Assembly (NCBI GenBank): GCA_964539385.1
Contig: CAZIJC010000001.1
Coordinates: forward strand, 16,860 to 80,859
Length of the DNA: 64,000 nt
Direction of reading: 5' to 3'
From: an uncultured Anaerolineales bacterium
Lineage (GTDB): Bacteria; Planctomycetota; Phycisphaerae; FEN-1346
A program made the translations under genes and the position numbers. Under the pieces are notes generated by a model. It was not told the DNA's origin. It did no database searches and worked only from the letters and a program-made list of their open reading frames with translations. Below, in pieces: positions 55,391 through 64,000 of the stretch. Position 1 is the stretch's first letter. Each line of letters begins with the position of its first letter.

Positions 55391-57889
55391 ATGGACCTCG
55401 TGCGTCTGGTCAGCCCGTGGGTGCTCGCCGGCCTGCTGCCGCTCTGGGCACTTATCCTGCATGCCGTGCTCGCGTCCGGCCGGCGTCGCGACGGTGCGCC
55501 CGCTCGCGCCGCCCTGGCCTGCCTCGCGGCCGCTCTGCTGGCGGCGGCATTGGCCGGACCATCGGTTCGCGTCTCGCGCGAAGGGGTCTGTCCGGTCGTT
55601 CTCGCTCGCGACGTCTCCCCCAGCATGTCGGCGGCCACCGGCAAGAAGTCCCCCGCCGAGACCCTCGCCCCGTGGACCGCCGCCCTGCCACTCGGACAGG
55701 TCATCCTGCACCCCTTCACGGACGGCGCCGCGACGGATATCGAGCGCGGCATCGAGGCGGCCGCACGAACACTGCCCGACGCACCAGGCATCCTCCTGCT
55801 TTACACCGACGCCCGCCAGACGCACGGCGACGCCGTTGCCGCCGCCACCCGCATGGCCGCCGCGGGTATCCAGGTCCACGCCATCATGCCCGACCTGCGT
55901 CCGCGCGACGTCGCGATTACCTCACTGGCCCCTGTGGGCGAGGCGGTCCCGGGCCGACCCGTCCGCGTTCGGGTCCAACTCGCCTCGACCGTCCGGGCCA
56001 AGGCGCAGGTCGTCCTCGCGCGTCCGGCCGCCGGCGAGCGGCCGGAGCGAACCTGGCGCCGCCGGGTGACGGTCGATCCCGTCGCGGGCGCCGTCCTGCT
56101 CTTTGACGACGCCGCCCTGCCCTCCGGCCTGTACCGCTACGACGCCGAGGTCCGCACGTCCGACGACTGCTGCTCCGAGAACGACCGGGCGGCGTGCGCC
56201 GTGCGAGTCGGCCGCCCACAGGAGATCCTCTACGTCCACGGCCCGGATGAGCCCGCTCCGCTCGCGACCATCCTCGCCAGGAACGCTCCCACCGACGCCC
56301 GGCTGCGGACCGTTCCGGCCGCCTCAGGGGTCACCGTCGCAGGCGCCTCGGTCGTGGTTCTCGACAACGTGTCGGCCTGGACGCTCGGCACGCGAGCCTG
56401 CCACATCCTGGCCCGCCGCGTCACGGACGGCGGGGTGGGCCTGCTCGTCCTGGGCGGCGATGCGGCCTTTGCCGCCGGCGGGTACGCCGAGTCGCCGCTC
56501 GAGGACCTTCTGCCCGTCAGCAGCCGCACGGGCGACCGGCCGCCGCTTGACATGGTCCTCGTCGTGGACGCGAGCGGTTCGATGAACGAGACGGTCGGTG
56601 GCGTCCGCAAACTCGCCCTCGCCAAGCAGGCGGTGCTGGCGCTTCGGCCGGCCCTGGCCGATGCCGACCGCATCGGCATCGTCGCTTTTGCCGGCGAGCC
56701 CCGCGTCGTCTCGCCTCTCGCGCCGGCCGCCAGGTGGGACGACCTGCGGGCACGGCTGGTGGCCATCCAGGCGGGCGGCGGCACGCGAATCACCCCCGCC
56801 GTCGAGGCGGCCGCCGACCTGTTTGCCCCTCCCCAGGAAGGCGACACCCAAGTCCGTCACCTTATGCTGCTGAGCGATGGTCGAAGCGAGGACTTCGACG
56901 CGGCCCGCCTGACCCTCCTTTGCCGCCGGCGCCGCGTGAGCGCCAGCGCCGTCGCGACGGGGGCCGACGCCCAGCGCGATCACCTCGGCCGCCTAGCACG
57001 TGAGACCGGCGGACGTCTCTACGCGGGCGGCGATCTCGGCCGCCTGGCCGAAACGTTTCTCAAGGACATGGCGTTTGCGCGCGGCGAGGGACTGCACAAG
57101 GTCATCCGCGCAACCGTGTGGGGCCGGCCGCAGCCCATCTGGAAAACCACTGCGCCTGCGCTTCCGCCCGTCCCGGCCCACAACGTTACCAGGGCCAAGC
57201 AAGGCGCGGACCTGCACTGGGTCACCGGCCCGCGCGAAGGCGAGACCGACGCTTCGCCGCTGCTCGCCTCCTGGCGGCGCGGCCTTGGGAAGGTGGCGGC
57301 CATGCCGTGGCCCGTCGGGACGGGGGGCGAGGAGTGGTTGAGCGAAGAAGCGGCGCCGTCGCATTTCGCGCGGCTGCTGGCGTGGCTCTCCGCCACGACC
57401 CTGCCGACCGACTGGTCGGCCCGTTTGATTCGCGTCAGCGGCGGGTGGCGGGTCCGGGCCGAGGAACGCACCGAAGCGATCGGCAGATCCTCAGCGCGGT
57501 TCGTCGCAACGCCGCTCGGTGACTCTTCCGGCGACCTGCCGCCACTCGTTCTGCGGCAGATGGCGCCGGGAATCCACGAGGCAGAGGTCGGGGCGGGCGG
57601 CGGCGCGGTCGTTGTCGTTCACCGCCGGGATGACTCCCGCGCAGCGGTTTCCCTGTCGGCGCCGGGCCGTCCGCCACGGGAGTTCGAGCACCTTGGCGTG
57701 GACCGGGCGAAACTGGCGGCCATCGTCAAGGCGGGGGGAGGACGGGTCCACACCTCGCCCGGCTCGCTCATCCAGGCCGTCGAACGAATCCGGGTGAGAG
57801 GCTACAAACCGGTGGGCATCCACTTCGTCTGGGCGGCCGCGGCGGTGGTAGTCCTTCAGGTAATCCTTCGGCTACTTGGGCGCCTGTAG
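55391..57889 (+). CDS. BatA-like membrane protein with von Willebrand factor A domain (832 aa)
   Basis: N-terminal MDLVRLVSPWVLAGLLPLWALILHAVLASGRRR is a BatA-type TM pattern. VWA MIDAS motif LVVDASGSMN. C-terminal TM. Confidence 0.7.
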   Translation: MDLVRLVSPWVLAGLLPLWALILHAVLASGRRRDGAPARAALACLAAALLAAALAGPSVRVSREGVCPVVLARDVSPSMSAATGKKSPAETLAPWTAALPLGQVILHPFTDGAATDIERGIEAAARTLPDAPGILLLYTDARQTHGDAVAAATRMAAAGIQVHAIMPDLRPRDVAITSLAPVGEAVPGRPVRVRVQLASTVRAKAQVVLARPAAGERPERTWRRRVTVDPVAGAVLLFDDAALPSGLYRYDAEVRTSDDCCSENDRAACAVRVGRPQEILYVHGPDEPAPLATILARNAPTDARLRTVPAASGVTVAGASVVVLDNVSAWTLGTRACHILARRVTDGGVGLLVLGGDAAFAAGGYAESPLEDLLPVSSRTGDRPPLDMVLVVDASGSMNETVGGVRKLALAKQAVLALRPALADADRIGIVAFAGEPRVVSPLAPAARWDDLRARLVAIQAGGGTRITPAVEAAADLFAPPQEGDTQVRHLMLLSDGRSEDFDAARLTLLCRRRRVSASAVATGADAQRDHLGRLARETGGRLYAGGDLGRLAETFLKDMAFARGEGLHKVIRATVWGRPQPIWKTTAPALPPVPAHNVTRAKQGADLHWVTGPREGETDASPLLASWRRGLGKVAAMPWPVGTGGEEWLSEEAAPSHFARLLAWLSATTLPTDWSARLIRVSGGWRVRAEERTEAIGRSSARFVATPLGDSSGDLPPLVLRQMAPGIHEAEVGAGGGAVVVVHRRDDSRAAVSLSAPGRPPREFEHLGVDRAKLAAIVKAGGGRVHTSPGSLIQAVERIRVRGYKPVGIHFVWAAAAVVVLQVILRLLGRL

Positions 57890-57898
57890 CGGCCAGCC

Positions 57899-58240
57899 TC
57901 ACAGACAAGACGGCGAGACACTCTTCGAGAGATCGTTCTCGGTGATGACGACGATGACGCTCTTCCAGTCGCCCATATCCGTGATGCGGCGGATGTAGCC
58001 GCGCTGCTTGACCACACGGCTCCGCGGCCCGTTCGGACGCGGGTTCGGAATCTTCATTTCCAGCCACACGTCCAGCCCTTCCGAAACCGCCGCCGGCGGC
58101 GGGCCGACCACCTTCACGCCGCACGGCGTCAGGTCCGCCGACCGCCCCTTGAAAATAACCCTGCCGGTCTTGTCCTTCAGCACGACCGGACAAGTGAATG
58201 ACACCCGCTCGTGCCGGCGCCGATTCTGAACGTGAAGCAT
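57899..58240 (-). CDS. PilZ-domain protein (c-di-GMP-binding-type)
   Basis: Tool ORF 57899..58279, start MLHVQNRRRHERV. RxxxR and D-x-T-x-x-G-like (DLTPCG) motifs. Confidence 0.45.
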   Translation of the reverse strand: MLHVQNRRRHERVSFTCPVVLKDKTGRVIFKGRSADLTPCGVKVVGPPPAAVSEGLDVWLEMKIPNPRPNGPRSRVVKQRGYIRRITDMGDWKSVIVVITENDLSKSVSPSCL

Positions 58241-58408
58241 TGTCACACCCCCTAGAATAGGGCCCGCACCCGGCAGCACACGTCACCGCCGATGCCATCT
58301 TTGCGCAAAGGTCCTATCGGCGCAGGAGAAGCACGTGCTTAAAGGAAATCGGCCTACGCCGCGGCGCATGCGGCGACACCTTGGCAAGAGGCGCCTCCCG
58401 CGCCCGCT

Positions 58409-60271
58409 CTACCGCGCCGCCGCGCCGCGGGCATCGAGATAGATCATGAGGATCGCCTGGTCGGCGGGGCCGATGCCGGCGATACGGCTTGCCTGGCCGA
58501 GCGACCGCGGGCGAACGCGGGCCAGTTTCTCGCGGGCCTCCGTCCGAAGGTGGGGAACCTGCGAGTAATCCATGTCGGGCGGCATCGGCCGGTCCTCCAT
58601 CCGACGGGCCCGCTGCACCTGCGCCTCCTGCCGCACGAGGTACCCGGCGTATTTCGTCTCGATCTCGACCTGACGGGCCGCCTCGTCGGAGATGTCGAGC
58701 AACGCCAGGTCCGGCGCCTCACCCACGAGCGTCTGCCACGTGACCTCCGGCCGCCGCAGCAGACTATCGAGCGTCCGTCCGCCGCGTCGCACGCGCCGCA
58801 GCACCGCCTGGGCCGACGCGATCTGCCGCTCCTTTTCCCGGACCCGCCGCCACGCGGCGTCCGAGACGAGGCCGACCTCTCGACCGACAGGCGCGAGACG
58901 CCGATCGGCGTTGTCGTGGCGCAGCAGCAGCCGATACTCCGCGAGGCTCGTAAACATCCGGTACGGCTCTTCCGTGCCCTTCGTCACGAGGTCATCGACA
59001 AGAACGCCGATGTAAGCCTGGTCGCGTCGCAGGACGACCGGGTCGCGGCCCGCCAGCGCCCGGGCGGCGTTGATGCCGGCCAAAAGACCCTGCCCGGCCG
59101 CCTCTTCGTAGCCGCTCGTGCCGTTGATCTGCCCGGCCAGGTAGAGCCCGGAGACGACCTTCGACTCCAGCGTGGCCTGCGTCTGCGTGGGCGGCACGAA
59201 ATCGTACTCAATCGCATAACCGTACCGGAGGATCTTCGCTCCCTCCATGCCGGGGATACCGTGAACGATTCGGTCCTGAAGGTCCTCAGGCACACTCGTT
59301 GCGATACCGTTGCAGTACACGACGTGGGTGTTGCGTCCCTCGGGCTCCAGGAACACCAGGTGATGGTCCCGGTCGGGGAACCGGACGACCTTGACCTCGA
59401 TGCTCGGGCAGTATCGCGGCCCGGTGGAGGTAATCTGGCCGGAATACAGCGGCGCCCGGCCGAGGTTCGCGAGGATCGCCTCATGTATGGCGGGCGTCGT
59501 CCGCGTCAGCCAGCACGAGACGCCGTCGAACGGCTCGCCGCCCGAGTCGAAGGCGAACCGCACGGGTTCCGGATCGCCGGGCTGCTCAGTCAGAGAGCGA
59601 TAGTCGAGTGTGCGGCCGTCCACGCGCGGCGGCGTGCCGGTCTTGAGGCGGCCGAGGCGGACGCCCAACTGCTGGAGGCTGTCCGAGAGACGCTCGGCCG
59701 CCGGCTCACCAAACCGCCCGCCGGACCACGCCCGGCTGCCCAGATGGAGCATGCCTCGCAGAAACGTGCCGGTCGTCAGGACAACGGCGCGAGCGCGATA
59801 CGCGCGGCCGCTTCCACACCGGATGCCGGCAACCCGGTCGCCGTGTGTCAGGATCCCGGCGGCAGCGTCCTCGATGATCGACAGATTCTGCTGGCGCCCC
59901 AGGACCTCCTGCATGGCGCGGGCGTAACCCCGGCGGTCGCACTGTGCCCGCGGGCTTTGGACGGCAGGCCCCTTGCTGCGGTTCAGCAGGCGGTACTGAA
60001 TGGCGGCGGCGTCGGCTACACGTGCCATTTCGCCGCCGAGGGCGTCGATTTCGCGGACGATCTGGCCCTTCGCCAGCCCGCCGATCGCCGGGTTGCACGA
60101 CATCTCGGCGATGCGGTCTTTGCGGATCGTCACGAGGGCGGTCCGCGCCCCCAGCCGCGCCGCCGCCAGCGCCGACTCGCAGCCGGCGTGTCCGCCTCCC
60201 ACCACCACGATATCGAAGGTCGGCTCTTCCACTGCCCTTGCATCCCTCAGGTGCGTCTCAGGTGGCGGCAT
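58409..60271 (-). CDS. mnmG: tRNA uridine 5-carboxymethylaminomethyl modification enzyme
   Basis: Tool ORF 58409..60298, start [21 protein letters not shown] is the FAD motif. Full-length GidA/MnmG similarity. Confidence 0.85.
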   Translation of the reverse strand: MPPPETHLRDARAVEEPTFDIVVVGGGHAGCESALAAARLGARTALVTIRKDRIAEMSCNPAIGGLAKGQIVREIDALGGEMARVADAAAIQYRLLNRSKGPAVQSPRAQCDRRGYARAMQEVLGRQQNLSIIEDAAAGILTHGDRVAGIRCGSGRAYRARAVVLTTGTFLRGMLHLGSRAWSGGRFGEPAAERLSDSLQQLGVRLGRLKTGTPPRVDGRTLDYRSLTEQPGDPEPVRFAFDSGGEPFDGVSCWLTRTTPAIHEAILANLGRAPLYSGQITSTGPRYCPSIEVKVVRFPDRDHHLVFLEPEGRNTHVVYCNGIATSVPEDLQDRIVHGIPGMEGAKILRYGYAIEYDFVPPTQTQATLESKVVSGLYLAGQINGTSGYEEAAGQGLLAGINAARALAGRDPVVLRRDQAYIGVLVDDLVTKGTEEPYRMFTSLAEYRLLLRHDNADRRLAPVGREVGLVSDAAWRRVREKERQIASAQAVLRRVRRGGRTLDSLLRRPEVTWQTLVGEAPDLALLDISDEAARQVEIETKYAGYLVRQEAQVQRARRMEDRPMPPDMDYSQVPHLRTEAREKLARVRPRSLGQASRIAGIGPADQAILMIYLDARGAAAR

Positions 60272-60448
60272 TATACACCCGCCAGCCGGTGCAACCAAGC
60301 CGGGCGGCGCGCCACACTTCGCGCGGCGGGTCTGCGGCCCCGGCGAGCCACAGGCTCTCCGGCGTGCCAGAATGGCAGGGCCTCAAGGCCAAAACCGCCC
60401 ATACGGCATACAGAACCCCCTGTCGCCGCCCAGGAACGGCCATGCGTT

Positions 60449-60464
60449 TGGCATCAACTTTGCA
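60449..60464 (+). promoter_or_regulatory. Sigma-54 (-24/-12) promoter-like element TGGCAT-N5-TTGCA upstream of the first Hsp20 gene
   Basis: tggcatcaactttgca matches the consensus TGGCAC-N5-TTGCW in 10/11 positions with exact spacing. It lies about 50 nt upstream of the ATG at 60516. Confidence 0.45.
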
Positions 60465-60515
60465 TTTTTGTAAAGCGCAGGCACAAGGAAGCACGACAAG
60501 GCAAGGAGGACGGAC

Positions 60516-60971
60516 ATGGCTATGAAGGCATGGGTACCAGCAGCGGGACCTTTCGCCCAACTTCAGCGCGAAATGAACCGCGTGTTCGATTCCGTTTTCG
60601 GACGGCACTTCCAGCCGGTAGGCCGCATACGCTCCGGCTATGTGTATCCACCCACGAACGTCCGGGAGACCGACGACACCTACACGGTGCAGTGCGAGGT
60701 CCCCGGTCTGGAAATGGCCGACCTGGAGGTGTACGTAACCGGCGATCAGTTGACCGTTTCGGGCTCGCGCACCAGCAGGTTCCCGGAGGAAGAGGTCACG
60801 CTGCACCGCCGGGAGCGTGACTGCGGCCGGTTCAGCCGGGCGGTCACGCTGCCCGGTCCGGTGGACAGCAGCGGGACGGAGGCAACGCTCGCCGACGGCA
60901 TCCTGACGGTCCGCATCCCGAAAACGGAGGAAGCGAAACCGAAACGCGTCGAGGTCCACGTCGGAGACTGA
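60516..60971 (+). CDS. Hsp20/alpha-crystallin family small heat-shock protein
   Basis: AAGGAGGA SD. The alpha-crystallin domain is present. Confidence 0.8.
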   Translation: MAMKAWVPAAGPFAQLQREMNRVFDSVFGRHFQPVGRIRSGYVYPPTNVRETDDTYTVQCEVPGLEMADLEVYVTGDQLTVSGSRTSRFPEEEVTLHRRERDCGRFSRAVTLPGPVDSSGTEATLADGILTVRIPKTEEAKPKRVEVHVGD

Positions 60972-61003
60972 CGCGGCACACCACAGGCAGGGAGGTACGA
61001 ACC

Positions 61004-61393
61004 ATGACCAAGCCAATTGACGCAACGGTTGAGACGAACCACGATCCGCTCGAGCCGCCGGAGAGTTACTTCGTCCCGGCCACGGACGTGTACGAGACAG
61101 CGGACGAACTGACGCTGGTCGCCGAGATGCCGGGCATCAAGGCGGACGGCCTGTCCGTAACCGTCGAGGACAACGTTCTGGTGATCCGCGGCAAGCCGGG
61201 GGCGAAGAGCGAGGCCGGCGGCGAGGTGCTCCTGAAGGAGTTCACGGGCGGCGAGTTCTACCGGGCCTTTCAACTGCCGGCCGACTACGACACCGAGAAG
61301 ATGGAGGCCGGCCTGCGGCAGGGCGTCCTGACGCTCAGGCTGCCCAGGTCCGAGAGGCTCAAGCCCCGGCGCATCGAGGTCAAGGTGGAATAG
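61004..61393 (+). CDS. Hsp20/alpha-crystallin family small heat-shock protein
   Basis: GGGAGG SD. Alpha-crystallin domain; contains motif VAEMPGIKADGLSV. Confidence 0.8.
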   Translation: MTKPIDATVETNHDPLEPPESYFVPATDVYETADELTLVAEMPGIKADGLSVTVEDNVLVIRGKPGAKSEAGGEVLLKEFTGGEFYRAFQLPADYDTEKMEAGLRQGVLTLRLPRSERLKPRRIEVKVE

Positions 61394-61456
61394 CGCCGGG
61401 GGCGACGCGCCGAACGCACACGCGCACGCATCGTAACCCGGAAGGAGGTGCGAAGA

Positions 61457-61909
61457 ATGGCTATCATTCCATGGAGAGGCCGAACGCTGCCGGTTGCCAC
61501 GCTCGCGTCGCTCCGCGAGGACATGAACGACCTGCTCGCCCGGTTCTGGTCGCACACGAGCGAACCGTTCGGTCTGGCCGACTGGTCGCCCGCGCTGGAC
61601 GTCTCGGAGACCGACGACGCCGTGCTGGTGCATGCCGAGATCCCCGGGATCGATCCCAAGGAACTCAACATCGCCGTCGTCGGCGACACCCTGACGATCC
61701 GCGGCGAGAAGAAAGACGAGACCGAACGGGAAGACCGCAACTTCCACCGCGTGGAGCGACGGTACGGATCCTTTACCCGAAGTCTGAGGCTGCCGACGCC
61801 GGTGGATGCGGAACACGTCACCGCCAGGGCCGCCGCGGGCGTTCTCGAGGTCCGTCTGCCCAAGAAGGAAGCGGCCAAGCCGAAGCGAATTCAGATCAAG
61901 ACCGACTGA
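61457..61909 (+). CDS. Hsp20/alpha-crystallin family small heat-shock protein
   Basis: GGAAGGAGG SD 9 nt before ATG 61457 (the tool's GTG at 61448 has no spacer). Alpha-crystallin domain; contains motif AEIPGIDPKEL. Confidence 0.8.
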   Translation: MAIIPWRGRTLPVATLASLREDMNDLLARFWSHTSEPFGLADWSPALDVSETDDAVLVHAEIPGIDPKELNIAVVGDTLTIRGEKKDETEREDRNFHRVERRYGSFTRSLRLPTPVDAEHVTARAAAGVLEVRLPKKEAAKPKRIQIKTD

Positions 61910-62074
61910 CCGGCGCAGGCAACCGCAGGCGTGGAACCGTTCATGGAGGCGAGGCGGGCGCTTGCGCGCGTGGCCGCTTTGCTGGTTCTTACGTTCGGCG
62001 CGGCTTGTTGCGTGGGGCGTGGGCGGCGGTTATGATAAATGGTGTTCCTGCCGCCTTCGGAAAAGGAGCCTTTC

Positions 62075-62482
62075 ATGCGCCACGCGATTCTGACGCAGAG
62101 CCATCAGGACCTGGGCCACCTGGCCCGGCACATGACCGACATCATGCACCGCGTTCTGCACTCGAGTTTCTCGACGGGGCAGAAGCCCCCGGACTGGGTA
62201 CCGGCGGTCGATATCTGCGAGATGTGCGACCATTGGGAGGTTATCGTCGAACTGGCCGGCGTCCGCAGGGAAGACATCGAGGTTTATACCGAGAACCGTC
62301 ACCTGACGATTACGGGTTGGCGGCACGATCCGACGTCGCCGGAGAAGATCGGCCTGCACCAGATGGAGATCGAGCAGGGCCAGTTCCGCCGACGGATTCT
62401 TCTGCCGGCGGGCGTGGACAACGACGCCATCACCGCGCGATATCGCGACGGCCTGCTGCGAATCCGGATTCCCAAGCGCTGA
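62075..62482 (+). CDS. Hsp20/alpha-crystallin family small heat-shock protein
   Basis: AAAAGGAG SD. Start at MRHAILTQ within tool ORF 62039..62482. Confidence 0.75.
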   Translation: MRHAILTQSHQDLGHLARHMTDIMHRVLHSSFSTGQKPPDWVPAVDICEMCDHWEVIVELAGVRREDIEVYTENRHLTITGWRHDPTSPEKIGLHQMEIEQGQFRRRILLPAGVDNDAITARYRDGLLRIRIPKR

Positions 62483-62515
62483 GGCGCCCGGCCCTGAAGC
62501 CAGGAGGGCGATGCC

Positions 62516-64000
62516 GTGCCCGATAGCATCGAAATCCGCAAGCCTCCCCCCGAAACGGCCATCGCCCGACCGGAGGAATCCGCCGTCATTCCCGAGAACA
62601 TGGCGGTCATGCCGGTCCGCGAGATGGTCCTGTTCCCGGGCATCATCCAGCCGCTCACGGTCGGGCGCACGCGCAGCCTGGCGCTCATCCAGGACGCCGT
62701 GATGGGCGACCGCATCTTCGCCGTCATGACCCAGAAGGACGCGGCGGAAGAAGAACCGACGTTCGACCGTCTGTATCACGTGGGTTGCGCCGTGAGGATT
62801 CTGAAACTGGTGCGGCTGCCGGACGACAATCAGACGGTCATCGTCCAGGCCATCGGCCGCATCCGTGCCGAGGAACTGACGCAGGCGAACCCGTTCTTCC
62901 GCATCGAGGCGACCCCCGTGCCCGACGTCGCGGATGAGAGCACCGAACTGGACGCGCTGGTCATCAGCGCCCGCGAACTTATCAGCCGCATCATCGAACT
63001 CTCGCCGCGCATTCCCGAGCAAGCCATCGCGGTGGTGGCCTCCATCGAGTCACCCGGCCAACTGGCGGACTTCATCGCGGCCAACCTGAGCGTGGACGTC
63101 ACCCAGAAGCAGGCCCTGCTGGCGGAACCGCGCGTCGTCGAGCGTCTGCGAATCGCCCACGACCTGATGCAGCGCGAGATCGAGGTGCTGGAACTGGCCG
63201 ACAAGATCCAGTCCGACGCGCGCGGACGCATCGAGGAAAGCCAACGCGAGTACTACCTGAGAGAGCAACTCAAGTCCATCCAGGATGAACTCGGCCAGAA
63301 AGACGAGAAGACCATCCTGATCGAGCAGTTGCGCAAGGACCTCGACGCCACCGGCATGCCCCGGAAGGTCCGCGACGAGGCCGAGCGGGAATTGAAGCGC
63401 CTGGCGGTCATGCCGATCCACGCGCCGGATTTCAACGTCGTCCGGACGTACCTGGAATACGTGGCCGAGATGCCGTGGGCGAAGAGCACCCACGACCGGC
63501 TCGACCTCACGAAAGCCGAAGAGATCCTCGACCACGACCACTACGGCCTGGCGGAGCCGAAGAAACGGATCCTGGAGTTCCTGGCCGTGCGGAAACTGAA
63601 GGCGAACCTGCGCGGACCGATCCTCTGTTTCGTCGGGCCGCCCGGCGTGGGCAAGACCAGCCTCGGCCGCAGCATCGCCCGGGCCATGGGCCGCAAGTTT
63701 ATCCGCATCAGCCTGGGCGGCATGCGCGACGAGGCGGAAATCCGCGGCCACCGGCGGACCTACGTCGGCGCCCTGCCCGGGCGGATCATCCTGGAACTGA
63801 GAAAGTGCGCCGTCAACAACCCCGTCTTCATGCTCGACGAGGTGGACAAACTCGGCACCGATTGGCGAGGCGACCCCACGTCGGCCCTGCTCGAGGTCCT
63901 GGACCCCGAGCAGAACTTCTCGTTCACCGACCATTACCTCGACGTGCCGTTCGACCTGTCGAAGGTGCTGTTCATCGCGACGGCCAACATTCTGGATCCC
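62516..64000 (+). CDS. lon: ATP-dependent protease La (Lon), N-terminal and AAA+ part; 3' end beyond window
   Basis: GTG start with an AGGAGG SD. Lon N-domain (MPVREMVLFPGIIQPLTVGR). Walker A motif GPPGVGKTSLG at about 63640. The frame stays open to 64000. Minus-strand tool ORFs here are antisense artefacts. Confidence 0.8.
   Translation, partial: MPDSIEIRKPPPETAIARPEESAVIPENMAVMPVREMVLFPGIIQPLTVGRTRSLALIQDAVMGDRIFAVMTQKDAAEEEPTFDRLYHVGCAVRILKLVRLPDDNQTVIVQAIGRIRAEELTQANPFFRIEATPVPDVADESTELDALVISARELISRIIELSPRIPEQAIAVVASIESPGQLADFIAANLSVDVTQKQALLAEPRVVERLRIAHDLMQREIEVLELADKIQSDARGRIEESQREYYLREQLKSIQDELGQKDEKTILIEQLRKDLDATGMPRKVRDEAERELKRLAVMPIHAPDFNVVRTYLEYVAEMPWAKSTHDRLDLTKAEEILDHDHYGLAEPKKRILEFLAVRKLKANLRGPILCFVGPPGVGKTSLGRSIARAMGRKFIRISLGGMRDEAEIRGHRRTYVGALPGRIILELRKCAVNNPVFMLDEVDKLGTDWRGDPTSALLEVLDPEQNFSFTDHYLDVPFDLSKVLFIATANILDP

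Noticed and set aside
61944-62036. 30-codon ORF (MEARRALARVAALLVLTFGAACCVGRGRRL) between the Hsp20 genes 3 and 4
   Set aside because: No SD and no homology. It is probably a chance ORF in a GC-rich spacer.
60272-62515. CIRCE/HrcA operator upstream of the heat-shock genes
   Set aside because: No TTAGCACTC-N9-GAGTGCTAA-like inverted repeat was found. Only the sigma-54-like element was seen.

Overview
This is a 64 kb, very GC-rich window (about two-thirds G+C by eye), gene-dense on both strands. In this GC background the six-frame track contains many long antisense artefact ORFs. I can support about 50 real CDSs and found no rRNA, tRNA or CRISPR array. A Planctomycetota/PVC-type origin is my inference only, from the pseudopilins with prepilin N-termini, the TolB-propeller/CxxCH cytochrome fusion, the secreted repeat protein with an ExLExRLLLAA-type N-terminus and the BatA-like VWA protein. 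In order, the window contains: (1) a minus-strand metabolic operon of gnd, pdxB, a LarA-like gene and a PPi-type phosphofructokinase. (2) A translationally coupled plus-strand terpenoid operon: 2[4Fe-4S] ferredoxin, radical SAM, a DUF116::polyprenyl-synthase fusion, an alpha/alpha-toroid repeat protein and a squalene-hopene-cyclase-family DxDDTA cyclase. It lacks the usual hopanoid (hpn) companions and is my best candidate for an undescribed system. (3) A periplasmic module of three PQQ-like beta-propellers, an NHL propeller, a MacB/FtsX-type ABC transporter, a Tat ferredoxin and a NapH-like polyferredoxin. (4) A NuoE-NuoF fusion and a 2Fe-2S/GltD-like flavoprotein, split by a GxxExxY gene flanked by perfect 28-bp inverted repeats. 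(5) A minus-strand operon of DUF3467, GAF-HlyD, an M50-protease::HlyD fusion and a short SecA-like ATPase, which is my second candidate. (6) A CARDB-repeat secreted protein and a TolB-propeller/diheme cytochrome c. (7) A Pro-rich G[IV]RP[DT][RK]P-repeat protein next to a B12-binding radical SAM enzyme. (8) A UbiA/DegT/HAD/HDAC-like operon with an orphan hydrogenase maturation protease. (9) A pseudopilin/GspK-like/VWA cluster. (10) mnmG, four tandem Hsp20 genes behind a sigma-54-like promoter, and the start of lon. Non-coding features include two AT-rich structured repeat islands, at 20389-20566 and 52194-52362, several REP-like GC-rich hairpin repeats, and several promoter and terminator candidates. 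Manually derived coordinates may be off by 1-2 nt.
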